DNA from: Armatimonadota bacterium
Lineage (GTDB): Bacteria; Armatimonadota; Armatimonadia; Armatimonadales; Armatimonadaceae
DNA: 32,105 nucleotides
Direction of reading: 5' to 3'
NCBI GenBank assembly: GCA_043754515.1
Contig: JAYUUO010000189.1
Span: 1 to 32,105 of the forward strand
Made by a program: the position numbers and the translations under genes. This document shows positions 1 through 8,217 of this stretch, one piece after another. The first letter of the stretch is position 1. Each line of letters opens with the position of its first letter. The notes below the pieces were generated by a model. That model worked only from the letters and a program-made list of their open reading frames with translations, was not told the DNA's origin and did not search any database.

Positions 1-356
1 GGACAGTTCGCGTAGCACTCGCCTACCGTGAGCAGACCATTGTCTGCCACGCCATTGACGCGCATTCGCTAACACGTCGCAAAGTCCATGATGACCAAGC
101 CGACCGCGCCCGACAGATTTATCGGGACGCGCACCGTCCGCGCATCATCTCCGACATCGAGCGGCCCGCGCACCGGCACCGCCCAGACGCGCCCGGCCGC
201 ATTCACGATACTTGCGGCCACGAACGGCTGATCCCGCAAGAAATCGGCGGCGGCGGGAACCGCGAAATCGCGGATGCCGTTCGCCACGCGCGCCGACATT
301 TCGCGCACCCCGGCATGGGTTTGTACCGCGATTTCGCCCGCATGATACTTTGTCAT
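1..356 (-). pseudogene. Pyridoxamine 5'-phosphate oxidase-like (FMN-binding split barrel) protein with an in-frame TAG at 69-71; runs off the window edge
   Basis: Start MTKYHAGEIAVQ at 356 matches the family's HxGExAVQ N-terminus. Translation reads DFATC*RMRVNGVADNGLLTVGECYANC, so the family motifs (RRxRVNG, Y.NCP) continue in frame past the stop. Confidence 0.7.
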
Positions 357-364
357 TCGTTTGG

Positions 365-415
365 ACCTCACCCCCGGCCCCCTCTCCGGCACAGGGAGGG
401 GCTGGGGGGCGAGGT
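365..415. repeat. GC-rich intergenic imperfect palindrome (CCTCACCCCCGGCCCC-type REP-like hairpin)
   Basis: acctcacccccggccccctc (365-384) is imperfectly complementary to gggaggggctggggggcgaggt (394-415). Confidence 0.6.
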
Positions 416-417
416 TA

Positions 418-834
418 TCAAAGGAGCCGGTCGTTCTCGCCGATCGGCACGTCGTTGATACTCGCCTCGCGCCGCGCCATCAGGCCGTTCGGCGCGAACT
501 CCCACTGCTCGTTGCCATAAGAGCGGAACCACTGCCCCGATTCGTCGTGCCACTCGTAAAAGAACGCGACCGAAATACGGTTGCCGGTAAAACTCCACAA
601 CTCCTTTTTCAGGCGGTAGCCGTTCTCCTTCACCCACTTGCGCGTGAGAAAGGCGCGGATCGCGTCGCGCCCCGTAAAGAACTCGTCACGGTTACGCCAG
701 GCCGAATCCGGCGTATACGCCCGCGCGACGCGCTCCGGGTCGCAGCTGTTCCAGGCGTCCTCGGCGGCTTGCACTTTTGCGACCGCTGTCTCGCGGGTGA
801 ACGGCGGTAGGGGCGGTCTTGTTTCGTCGGTCAT
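418..834 (-). CDS. DUF1348 / NTF2-like (SnoaL-fold) protein
   Basis: [39 protein letters not shown] and [12 protein letters not shown]...REASIND are DUF1348 hallmarks. Confidence 0.9.
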   Translation of the reverse strand: MTDETRPPLPPFTRETAVAKVQAAEDAWNSCDPERVARAYTPDSAWRNRDEFFTGRDAIRAFLTRKWVKENGYRLKKELWSFTGNRISVAFFYEWHDESGQWFRSYGNEQWEFAPNGLMARREASINDVPIGENDRLL

Positions 835-887
835 GAGTTTTTATATCCCCGAGGCGTCCCGCACCAGGCGGGACACCCCGCAAGTAG

Positions 888-1361
888 CTAAAAGAACCCG
901 CATGTCGGCGCGGACTGCTGCGGCGCGTCGCCCGTTACGCCCGTCGGCGCGTAGATCTCGAGGCGGGTTCCGTCCGGGTCTTCAAAGAAGATACCGCCGG
1001 AAGTCGTGCCCTCGCTGTGCGGGACGATGCCATCGTGGTAGAGCGTCACGCCCTCCTGCCGGACGCGTCGCTCGGCCTCCCGCACTTGCGCTATATCCGA
1101 AACCTGAAACGATAGGTGGTGCAACCCCGGCAACCCTTTGTCGAAGCGACCCGTGCTCTGCTCCCAGAGCGTCAGCACCAGCTGCTTTCCATCGGTCAGG
1201 AACGTAAACTCGCGGTCGGTGTCGCGCCCTTCCGCGGACATGGTGAAGCCGAATACGTTCCAATAGAACGCTCCCACCCGCTCGATGTCGGTGACATTGA
1301 TGCCGACGTGACCCGTTTGCAGTCCGGGGCTGATGGGGGATGTTGCTTTATTCTTCTCCAT
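888..1361 (-). CDS. VOC family (glyoxalase/dioxygenase) protein
   Basis: GHVGINVTD, GLHHLSF and FFEDPDGTRLEI metal-binding motifs; C-terminus APTCGFF; upstream GGAAAGG RBS-like sequence. Confidence 0.9.
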   Translation of the reverse strand: MEKNKATSPISPGLQTGHVGINVTDIERVGAFYWNVFGFTMSAEGRDTDREFTFLTDGKQLVLTLWEQSTGRFDKGLPGLHHLSFQVSDIAQVREAERRVRQEGVTLYHDGIVPHSEGTTSGGIFFEDPDGTRLEIYAPTGVTGDAPQQSAPTCGFF

Positions 1362-1384
1362 GATACACCTTTCCGCGCTACTAC

Positions 1385-1470
1385 TAACCGTTTATTTTTG
1401 ATTTGACGGTTATCCCACGCGGTTATTGTACCTCCCGGCACCTAACCTGTCAAGACGATTTTAGAAGTTA
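1385..1470. promoter_or_regulatory. Two 28-bp TAAC-N20-GTTA boxes, putative operators of the divergent CGNR/ABATE regulator
   Basis: 1385-1412 is TAACCGT-N14-ACGGTTA; 1443-1470 is TAACCTG-N14-GAAGTTA. The spacing is identical and they flank or overlap the promoter. Confidence 0.55.
1425..1453 (-). promoter_or_regulatory. Sigma70-type promoter of the VOC operon
   Basis: On the minus strand: TTGACA (1453-1448), 17-nt spacer, TACAAT (1430-1425). Confidence 0.7.
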
Positions 1471-1485
1471 GCGATATACTATTTT

Positions 1486-2052
1486 GTGAGCGAACCATTT
1501 CTGCTTATCGCGGGTCATTCCGCCCTTGATTTCCTCAATACGGAGAAGGCCAACAGCGTGGGTGAGCGGGTTGAACTGCTGACCGGGCCTACGAGTGTCG
1601 CGGATTGGGGCACGGCGGCAGGGTTCAGGGACGTGGGTACTCGGTGCGATGAATCGCTCCTCAACGACGCCCGGCATTTACGCGGCACCATACGCGCGCT
1701 GGTCGTGGCGTGGACGGTAGAAGAAGACGCGCCCGCCGCGCCGCTCGCCGCGCTCAACGCTATTCTCGCGACCGGCGCGTCGCGTAACGTTTTGTACGCC
1801 GACTTCGCGGGCGGCGCGGAGCCGATCACCGCCGCTCCCCACCCGCTCCTGCCAATCGCCGTGGCCGCGTTCGATCTGCTCACCCGGCACGATAAAAGCC
1901 TGGTACGCCGGTGCGCGGGGACCGGTTGCGTGCTGTGGTTTTTAGACACGACGAAGAACAAGCGGCGTCGTTGGTGCCGCATGGAGGCGTGCGGCAACCG
2001 GGAAAAAGCGTCCGCGCACTACCACCGCCACCATTCCAACACTACCGCGTAG
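1486..2052 (+). CDS. ABATE domain / CGNR zinc finger protein (putative transcriptional regulator)
   Basis: ALDFLNT at the N-terminus; RRCAGTGCVLWFLDTTKNKRRRWCRMEACGNREK zinc finger; GTG start 5 nt after TATACT (1475-1480). Confidence 0.92.
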   Translation: MSEPFLLIAGHSALDFLNTEKANSVGERVELLTGPTSVADWGTAAGFRDVGTRCDESLLNDARHLRGTIRALVVAWTVEEDAPAAPLAALNAILATGASRNVLYADFAGGAEPITAAPHPLLPIAVAAFDLLTRHDKSLVRRCAGTGCVLWFLDTTKNKRRRWCRMEACGNREKASAHYHRHHSNTTA

Positions 2053-2323
2053 GGCGATTACGTCATTATTCAGCTGTTTCCAGGTCTCGCGCTCCGCTCG
2101 TTCGGACGTGGGTATTCCGGCGGGATGAACTAGTGGAGAATGCCTCCCGGTAGGCATTCCGGTGCGGGGGGGCGGGTCGTTCCCACCCGCGAGGGGGCAC
2201 CCGGTCGCCCACCGGGAACGGCCCGCTGACCGCGCCAGGTGTCGCCCACCGGCAACGGCCCGCCGGCCCGCGCCCGCCCAATATTTTTGGAGCCGCCAAC
2301 ATGACTACGATGCGATCGCCCTG
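2050..2323 (+). mobile_element. Non-autonomous MITE copy 1 (ISAs1-like termini), 274 bp
   Basis: Termini tagggcgattacgtc ... gatgcgatcgccctg. Flanked by an imperfect 20-bp direct repeat (2030-2049 vs 2324-2343, 16/20). Both ends align with the reverse complement of copy 2. Confidence 0.75.
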
Positions 2324-2376
2324 ACCATTCCAGCACCACATCGTAACCAACGGATCATGTCTGGCGTCATAGGAGC

Positions 2377-3150
2377 GTGAAGAAATCAAGACTCATGAAT
2401 CGCGCGTATCTCGCGCTAATCGCCTGCGTTGCGGTCGGCCTCGCGGCGTACGCAAACCGACACACGCTCTACCACGAGGTCGTGCTGGAAGAAGCCTTTC
2501 CCCCCGCCGGGGCGTCTCCCGAGGGCGGCGCGACACGGCTACCCGCCTCGCGCAACGTCGCAGACGTTCTCCGGCTATGCGAACCGAAGGCGAAAGCAAA
2601 ATTCGCTCCCATCTGCAAGACAGCCGGAGTTGCCTACCCGCCCGCGCGGGTTCGTCTGCTGGCGTTCAAGGCGGAGAAAATGCTCGAGGTATGGGGCGCG
2701 AACCGAACCGGCGCGTACCACCGTCTCGCTACCTATCCCATCCGCGCCGCGTCGGGCGCAACGGGGCCGAAGCGGCGCGAGGGAGACGGACAGGTCCCAG
2801 AAGGCTTCTACAAAATCACCGACCTGAATCCGGTCAGCCATTTTCATCTGTCGCTCCGCGTGGGCTATCCGAACGCGGACGATGTGGCGGCGAACCCCGG
2901 CGTCCCGATCAGCGACCTCGGCGGCGACATTTATATCCACGGGAACGCGGTGTCTATCGGTTGTCTCGCCATGGGCGACGCGCCGATCGAGGAGATTTTC
3001 TGCCTCGTCGCACGGGCACGCCAGCGGGAAATATGGATCGCGCCGGTTGACCCGCGCCGCGCCGCGATGCCCGGAAGTAACGAGCCGATCACCGTAGCGC
3101 GTTATAAGCGTTTGCAAACCACGATTCGGGCGATGGACGCGGCGCGGTAA
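2377..3150 (+). CDS. L,D-transpeptidase family protein (YkuD domain, YafK/DpaA-like)
   Basis: N-terminal hydrophobic anchor; GPKRREGDGQVPEGFY, LNPVSHFHLSLRVGYPN and IYIHGNAVSIGC with catalytic His and Cys. The start may be ATG 2395. Confidence 0.88.
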   Translation: MKKSRLMNRAYLALIACVAVGLAAYANRHTLYHEVVLEEAFPPAGASPEGGATRLPASRNVADVLRLCEPKAKAKFAPICKTAGVAYPPARVRLLAFKAEKMLEVWGANRTGAYHRLATYPIRAASGATGPKRREGDGQVPEGFYKITDLNPVSHFHLSLRVGYPNADDVAANPGVPISDLGGDIYIHGNAVSIGCLAMGDAPIEEIFCLVARARQREIWIAPVDPRRAAMPGSNEPITVARYKRLQTTIRAMDAAR

Positions 3151-3213
3151 CCAGATGTTGTAGAACGGTTAAAGGCCGTATGTATTGAGGGAGTGGCCTA
3201 TACCCGAAAGAGG

Positions 3214-3300
3214 CGGAGGGGACAGGATTCGAACCCGCACACCAGTTCCCCGGTGAGACCGCTTTCAAGGCGGTGGCGATACCATTCCGCTCACCCCTCC
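3214..3300 (-). tRNA. tRNA-Ser (anticodon TGA)
   Basis: Acceptor stem GGAGGGG/CCCCTCC, discriminator G, anticodon arm ACCGC-CTTGAAA-GCGGT, long variable arm, T loop TTCGAAT. CCA is not encoded (followed by CCT). Confidence 0.92.
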
Positions 3301-3319
3301 GCGCCGGGCGAACGTGTCT

Positions 3320-3349
3320 ATTTTACCGCCCTTCTTCCGGGCGTGTCAA
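3320..3349 (-). promoter_or_regulatory. Promoter of tRNA-Ser
   Basis: On the minus strand: TTGACA (3349-3344), 18-nt spacer, TAAAAT (3325-3320), about 20 nt upstream of the tRNA. Confidence 0.65.
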
Positions 3350-3392
3350 ACCCCGTTCGCCACCGTTACTTCTCGGTCGCCCGCTTTCGCCG

Positions 3393-4484
3393 CTACCCAC
3401 GCTTCTGCCGGAGCCATACTAGCCCTGGAAGTATGCCACCCACGATCAGGAGGAGTGAACCCACCTCCGGGACAACAGTCTGCACACCGTTGCTCGTGTA
3501 GAGCGTGCCCGACCCGGACGCGATCGAGAAGTTCGGGATCAGTTTACCAGTGGCATCGAGAAGTTCGATCCCGCTGATCGTCGCCGTATGCGCGAAGCCC
3601 GTATCCATCGTGCCATTACCATTGCCGACGCCCGCCCACGTCAACATTCCCATCTGGAAGTCGGTGTCCGCCCCGAAGGTGACGGGCAACGTCGCATACA
3701 CGGTGGTGGTGCCGCCGAACGCCAGAAACGTCGGTTGGCCGGTGGGCAAAATAGTGCCGGTAGTCAGAGTCATTCCGGGAGGTGTAACGAACGAACCGAA
3801 AGAACTGTGCGGACCATATATCTGGTACCCATTGCCGTAAATGTTCAGGAACGTTTCCAGCAATCTATCGCCTATAATGGGATAGCCGGGGCGCGGGGTT
3901 CCGTAACCATATCGCAACAGCATTCCGACGCCCCCCGTGCCGGACACTTGCATGGCACCGCTAACGGTAACCGCGAGTCGCATCGTGCCGCTGGCCCCAG
4001 CGGTCACGTCCGGACTGGACGGGTTTAGCGAGTCGCGGAAGATGGCGTACGAGTCGGCGTTGTTTACAGTCGCGTTATCACTGTTCCCGGTGTGCACGGC
4101 GTGCGACTCCGCGCCGAGGTGCCCGTAGGAAACGTTCGAGCGCGCCGAGCCGCTGTAGTTCCAATCTCCGAACCCGGATCTACCCGTGCCGGTTGCCGTG
4201 ATCGCGTCGGTCAGTGAGGACGAGACAGTGGAGGTTTGTAACCGCGCTTCCCCGGCGATGCCGGACGCCGCGAGTCCCGCCGGATTCGACGGGACGGCGT
4301 TACCGAACCCACCGAAGTTGTAATACTCCGGGTCGGGCTGGCGATAGGTCGAGTAGTTGGACTGTCCCGTCGTTCCCACAACGAACGTTTCGAGGCTGGA
4401 AGCCGCGAGCGCGGCACGCTCCGAGTAAGCGGTCAGCAGACCAGCGACTGCGACAGTAATTAGCACACTTCGTGAACACTTCAT
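3393..4484 (-). CDS. PEP-CTERM-type surface protein (VPEV variant sorting signal)
   Basis: N-terminal signal peptide; S/T/G-rich body; C-terminal VVPEVGS followed by a hydrophobic helix and the basic tail RQKRG. Confidence 0.85.
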   Translation of the reverse strand: MKCSRSVLITVAVAGLLTAYSERAALAASSLETFVVGTTGQSNYSTYRQPDPEYYNFGGFGNAVPSNPAGLAASGIAGEARLQTSTVSSSLTDAITATGTGRSGFGDWNYSGSARSNVSYGHLGAESHAVHTGNSDNATVNNADSYAIFRDSLNPSSPDVTAGASGTMRLAVTVSGAMQVSGTGGVGMLLRYGYGTPRPGYPIIGDRLLETFLNIYGNGYQIYGPHSSFGSFVTPPGMTLTTGTILPTGQPTFLAFGGTTTVYATLPVTFGADTDFQMGMLTWAGVGNGNGTMDTGFAHTATISGIELLDATGKLIPNFSIASGSGTLYTSNGVQTVVPEVGSLLLIVGGILPGLVWLRQKRG

Positions 4485-4685
4485 GACGAATCTCGTCTCC
4501 GGGTTTCCCCTGCGATTGACCGAATCGCGCCGGGTTCCGATGCTTTATTTTTTCGGCACGTGACACCGCCCACTACGCTCGGAACCGCATAGCGGACGAC
4601 CATTGTTGGAACTCTACCGGATTGCTCGCCCGCTGTCAATGTGAGAGTTGTCACAGAGTCGGATCTGGATGGCGGCGACCGACAC

Positions 4686-4717
4686 AAAAAAAGCGGGCAC
4701 GATTATCGCGCCCGCTT
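4686..4717 (-). terminator. Rho-independent terminator downstream of the YccA-like gene
   Basis: On the minus strand: AAGCGGGCGCGAT-A-ATCGTGCCCGC followed by TTTTTTT. Confidence 0.8.
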
Positions 4718-4738
4718 CGGAGAATACCCCACGTACTT

Positions 4739-5524
4739 TTAGCGACGGCTGAACTTGGAGAGTAAGCGAAGCAGTTCCAGATACAGCCAGACCAGCGTCA
4801 CCATCAAGCCAAAACTTGCGTACCACTCCATAAACTTCGGGGCGCGCCGCGCGACTCCCTGCTCGACAACATCGAAGTCGAGCAACAGGTTGAACGCCGC
4901 GACGCCGACGATCACCAAACTCACCCCTATGCTGAGCGGCGAGCTACTCCACAGGAAGCCCGAAATAATGTGGTTCCCGAACAGAAGCAGTACGTTACTG
5001 ACTGCATAGGTCAGCGCAATCGCGCTAGTCGCCGCGATGACGCCCATTTTCAGTTTCTCAGTGACCTTGACCAGTCCGCTCCGGTAAAGAAGGAGCATTA
5101 TTCCGAAAACGCCCATTGTCAGCGCGACCGCTTGGATCACGATGCCGTTGTACATGGCCGAGAAAAGTGCCGACCAGGCTCCCAAAAACAGCCCTTCCAG
5201 CACCGCGTAGATAGGCGCGGTGATCGGCGCACTTTTAGGGCGGAAGCAGGTGACAAGTCCGACAATGAACGCGCCAATCAACCCACCTATTGCCAGGGGC
5301 CAGACGAACGCCTCCGCCCCGCTGAACAATGCGGTCCAGGTGAACGCCGCGGCGGCGAGCATCAGGGCGAACAATATCAGAGTCTTATTGATCGTGCCCG
5401 CGACCGTCATAACGTCGGCTTGCTGAACCAGCTGCGCCTGCGCCATGCCGCCGCCGTCCGGCGTCATGTAGCCGTCCTGCGCGAATTTATCGTAGGTGTT
5501 TTCGTTGAATGCGGGATTCGCCAT
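4739..5524 (-). CDS. Bax inhibitor-1 / YccA family membrane protein
   Basis: MANPAF start, MTVAGTINKT, about 7 TM helices, AAFNLLLDFD, APKFMEWY and LVWLYLELLRLL; AGGAG RBS. Confidence 0.9.
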   Translation of the reverse strand: MANPAFNENTYDKFAQDGYMTPDGGGMAQAQLVQQADVMTVAGTINKTLILFALMLAAAAFTWTALFSGAEAFVWPLAIGGLIGAFIVGLVTCFRPKSAPITAPIYAVLEGLFLGAWSALFSAMYNGIVIQAVALTMGVFGIMLLLYRSGLVKVTEKLKMGVIAATSAIALTYAVSNVLLLFGNHIISGFLWSSSPLSIGVSLVIVGVAAFNLLLDFDVVEQGVARRAPKFMEWYASFGLMVTLVWLYLELLRLLSKFSRR

Positions 5525-5611
5525 ACATATATCTCCTAGGAGTTCTGATATATTATATCAGCAAATGCCCAAATTCTGTCCCGGTAACGGTCGGTTCGAG
5601 GCGACTATTTG

Positions 5612-6967
5612 ATGTCCCCCGCCGATACCGGCACTAAACCCTCGCTCTGTTCCGTCATGCCACGCGCCCGCATCCTCTTCCTAGCCCACCTCCTACCCTG
5701 GCCTCTGACGGACGGCGGCCGCATCAAGTCGTACCACACGATCCGCCACCTTTCCGAGCGTTACGACGTGACTCTGATGGCATTGGTTCGCCATGAGTGT
5801 ACGCCAAGCGACATCGCCGGGTTGACCCCGCTGACGGAGTTGTGCGCGGGGGGCGTGTCACTCCATTATCTAAAGCGATCCCGCCACGCGGATCTGTTCG
5901 GCGCGGCGCGGGCACTCATAATGGGAGCCTCGTTCCTGATCGCCCGCGATTTCCTGCCTTCCCTGAATAATGCGGTCCGTGGCGCATTAAAGGGTGATGA
6001 GGGGGCGGCGGACGTTGCCCTGCGTTCCTCCGCGACGCCGACATGCGATCCCATGGCAGGAAAATACGACGCGGTTCACCTCGACCACCTCCAGATGGCG
6101 CAATATATCCCGTACGACTGCCCCCCGCTCGTCAAAGTCGTTCTGGATCAGCACAATGTTGAGCACGAACTCATCCGGCGTCTTTCTGATGTACCCGACG
6201 CCAACCCCGCGTTCCGCTGGTACGCACGGATGGAGTCCCGCAAACTACGCGCGATTGAACGCGATGCTATCCAGGACGCTGACGCCACCCTCGCCGTATC
6301 CGACACCGACCGGGACGCGTTCCGCGCGCTCGCCCCCGATGTCGCTGACCGGATAGAGACCGTGCCCATCGGCGTTGACACGGACTACTTCGCCGTCGCC
6401 GAGCGGCGACCGGGTGCCGACGCGATCCTGTCCATCGGCACCATGTCCTGGCTTCCGAACATTGACGCGATGCGCTGGTTCGCGTCGGAGATACTGCCGC
6501 TGATCCGGCGGGCATGGCCCGAGGCTCGGGTGCTTATCGTGGGTGCGAATCCCACCGCCGTCGTGCGCACCCTCGCGGAGCGTGACGCGCTGATCACGGT
6601 CACCGGAACCGTACCCGATGTGCGTCCGTATGCCAAGGAGTGCGGCGTGTTCGTCGTCCCGCTACGCGCCGGGTCCGGGGTGCGAGTCAAGATACTGAAT
6701 GCGCTCGCGATGGGGCTTCCAGTGATATCCACCACGCTCGGCGCGGAAGGTATACCAGTCACAGACGGGGTAGATATACTGCTCGCCGACTCGCCCCACG
6801 CGTTCGCAGACGCGGTGCTACGCGTGCTGAACGATACCAGACTTGCGAGTCGCCTGGGCGCGAACGGCCGCGCTTTAGTGGAGCGACAAGCCCGTTCGGC
6901 GGCGGCGGGGCAGCGACTCCACGCCGTTTATGAGCGCGTACTCGGCGCAACGACAAAATCGGTATGA
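5612..6967 (+). CDS. GT4 (GT-B) glycosyltransferase of the type associated with PEP-CTERM/EPS loci
   Basis: PWPLTDGGRIK, DQHNVE, W.PNIDA and VVPLRAGSGVRVKILNALAMGLPVIST. The start may be ATG 5657. Confidence 0.9.
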   Translation: MSPADTGTKPSLCSVMPRARILFLAHLLPWPLTDGGRIKSYHTIRHLSERYDVTLMALVRHECTPSDIAGLTPLTELCAGGVSLHYLKRSRHADLFGAARALIMGASFLIARDFLPSLNNAVRGALKGDEGAADVALRSSATPTCDPMAGKYDAVHLDHLQMAQYIPYDCPPLVKVVLDQHNVEHELIRRLSDVPDANPAFRWYARMESRKLRAIERDAIQDADATLAVSDTDRDAFRALAPDVADRIETVPIGVDTDYFAVAERRPGADAILSIGTMSWLPNIDAMRWFASEILPLIRRAWPEARVLIVGANPTAVVRTLAERDALITVTGTVPDVRPYAKECGVFVVPLRAGSGVRVKILNALAMGLPVISTTLGAEGIPVTDGVDILLADSPHAFADAVLRVLNDTRLASRLGANGRALVERQARSAAAGQRLHAVYERVLGATTKSV

Positions 6968-8217
6968 AAATCCTCTACGTCCTCCCTTACCTCCCTTCGC
7001 CGATCCGCGTACGCCCCTTCCAGATCATCCGCGCGCTGTCTGCTCTCGGGCACCGTGTAACCGTGGTCGCGCTTGAGGACGAGTTCGCTACCGCCGGGAT
7101 GGTGGCGGATCTGCGGGCGATCTGCGACGCCGTACACCTCGTCCCGCACCCCCGGCTCCAGGGCGCAATCCAGGCCACGCTCGCCCTCGCCTCTCCCCTC
7201 CCGCTCTGGGCGGCGTACTGCTTCTCCGGCGTTATGGAGCGAAAACTCGTCGAAGTGGTCGCGGCGGACGGCTTTGACGTCGCGCACATCGAGCACCTAC
7301 GCGCCGCGCACTTCGTGGACGCCATCGCGCCCCTGCCCGTCATCATAGACGCAGTAGACTGCCTGACCGCCTTGCGGGCGCAGATGCGCGACGTCGGCGA
7401 CTCGTTTCTGTCGCGCCTTCTTTCGTGGGAGGAATGGTCTAAGCTACGTTCGTACGAGCCGCGCGTTTACGGCGTGTTCCCCCATATCACGGTCACCTCC
7501 GCGCATGATCGGGCGGCACTGATGCGACTCGCCAGCGGCCTCCCGCCAATCACGGTGATATCGAACGGCGTGGACTGCGACTACTTCCGCCCGGACGCAG
7601 CTATTCCGCCGCAGGCGGATACGCTCGTATTCTCCGGGAAGATGAGCTACGAAGCGAACGACGCCGCCGCGCGCTACCTGCTCACGCGGATCCTGCCGCG
7701 CCTGCGCGAGCTCCGCCCGGCGACGCGCGTTGTTGTCGCGGGGAGTCGCCCTTCGGAGTCGTTGCGCGCTCTGGCGGCGCGTGTCGGCGGCGTCACCGTC
7801 ACCGGCTTCGTCGAGGATCTGCGCCCCTTCCTCTCACAGGCGAGTGTCGCCGTATGCCCGATGCAGATCGGGGCCGGGATACAGAACAAGGCGTTGGAGG
7901 CGATGGCGATGGGCCGCCCGGTGATCTGCTCGCCGGTCGCGGCGCGGGCACTCTCGGGCGCGGTTCGCGCGGGGGCAGGCGTCCGGGTCGCCGAGACCGC
8001 CGTGGATTTCGCCTGCGCCTGTGCCGAACAGCTCGCCGCGCCGACTGCGGAGACCTTGCGGGCGGGTGCCGCCGCCCGCGCTTACGTGGAGCGCGAACAT
8101 CGGTGGCCAGACGCCGCCCGCGCCTTCGTAGCACTCTACGAAGCTGTGATCGCTACGCCGCCACGGGCGGCTTCCGCCTCGTCGCGAATTCCCACCGCCG
8201 GGCTGACGGGTTCATGA
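6964..8217 (+). CDS. GT4 (GT-B) glycosyltransferase
   Basis: ATGA overlap with the upstream gene; NGVDCDYF, FSGKMSYEAN and GAGIQNKALEAMAMGRPVI. Confidence 0.9.
   Translation: MKILYVLPYLPSPIRVRPFQIIRALSALGHRVTVVALEDEFATAGMVADLRAICDAVHLVPHPRLQGAIQATLALASPLPLWAAYCFSGVMERKLVEVVAADGFDVAHIEHLRAAHFVDAIAPLPVIIDAVDCLTALRAQMRDVGDSFLSRLLSWEEWSKLRSYEPRVYGVFPHITVTSAHDRAALMRLASGLPPITVISNGVDCDYFRPDAAIPPQADTLVFSGKMSYEANDAAARYLLTRILPRLRELRPATRVVVAGSRPSESLRALAARVGGVTVTGFVEDLRPFLSQASVAVCPMQIGAGIQNKALEAMAMGRPVICSPVAARALSGAVRAGAGVRVAETAVDFACACAEQLAAPTAETLRAGAAARAYVEREHRWPDAARAFVALYEAVIATPPRAASASSRIPTAGLTGS

Noticed and set aside
856..874. Small hairpin gtcccgc/gcgggac between the VOC and DUF1348 genes
   Set aside because: A 7-bp GC stem with no adjacent U-tract and no second copy seen; insufficient evidence for a function.
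2204..2263. CRISPR-like mini-array
   Set aside because: Only two units with a 14-bp gap, no cas genes, and it lies inside a TIR-bounded element.
3214..3300. tRNA-Sec or suppressor tRNA, prompted by the TTCAA seen on the plus strand and the TAG at 69-71
   Set aside because: On the coding strand the anticodon is TGA (reads UCA, Ser) with a 7/5 fold; it is neither TCA nor CTA.
3150..4484. tRNA-anchored genomic island
   Set aside because: No integrase and no duplicated tRNA 3' end were seen in the window.
7854..8213. N-terminal extension of the sugar transferase ORF
   Set aside because: It overlaps the GT4 gene in another frame; the ATG at 8214 gives an ATGA coupling and a normal family length.
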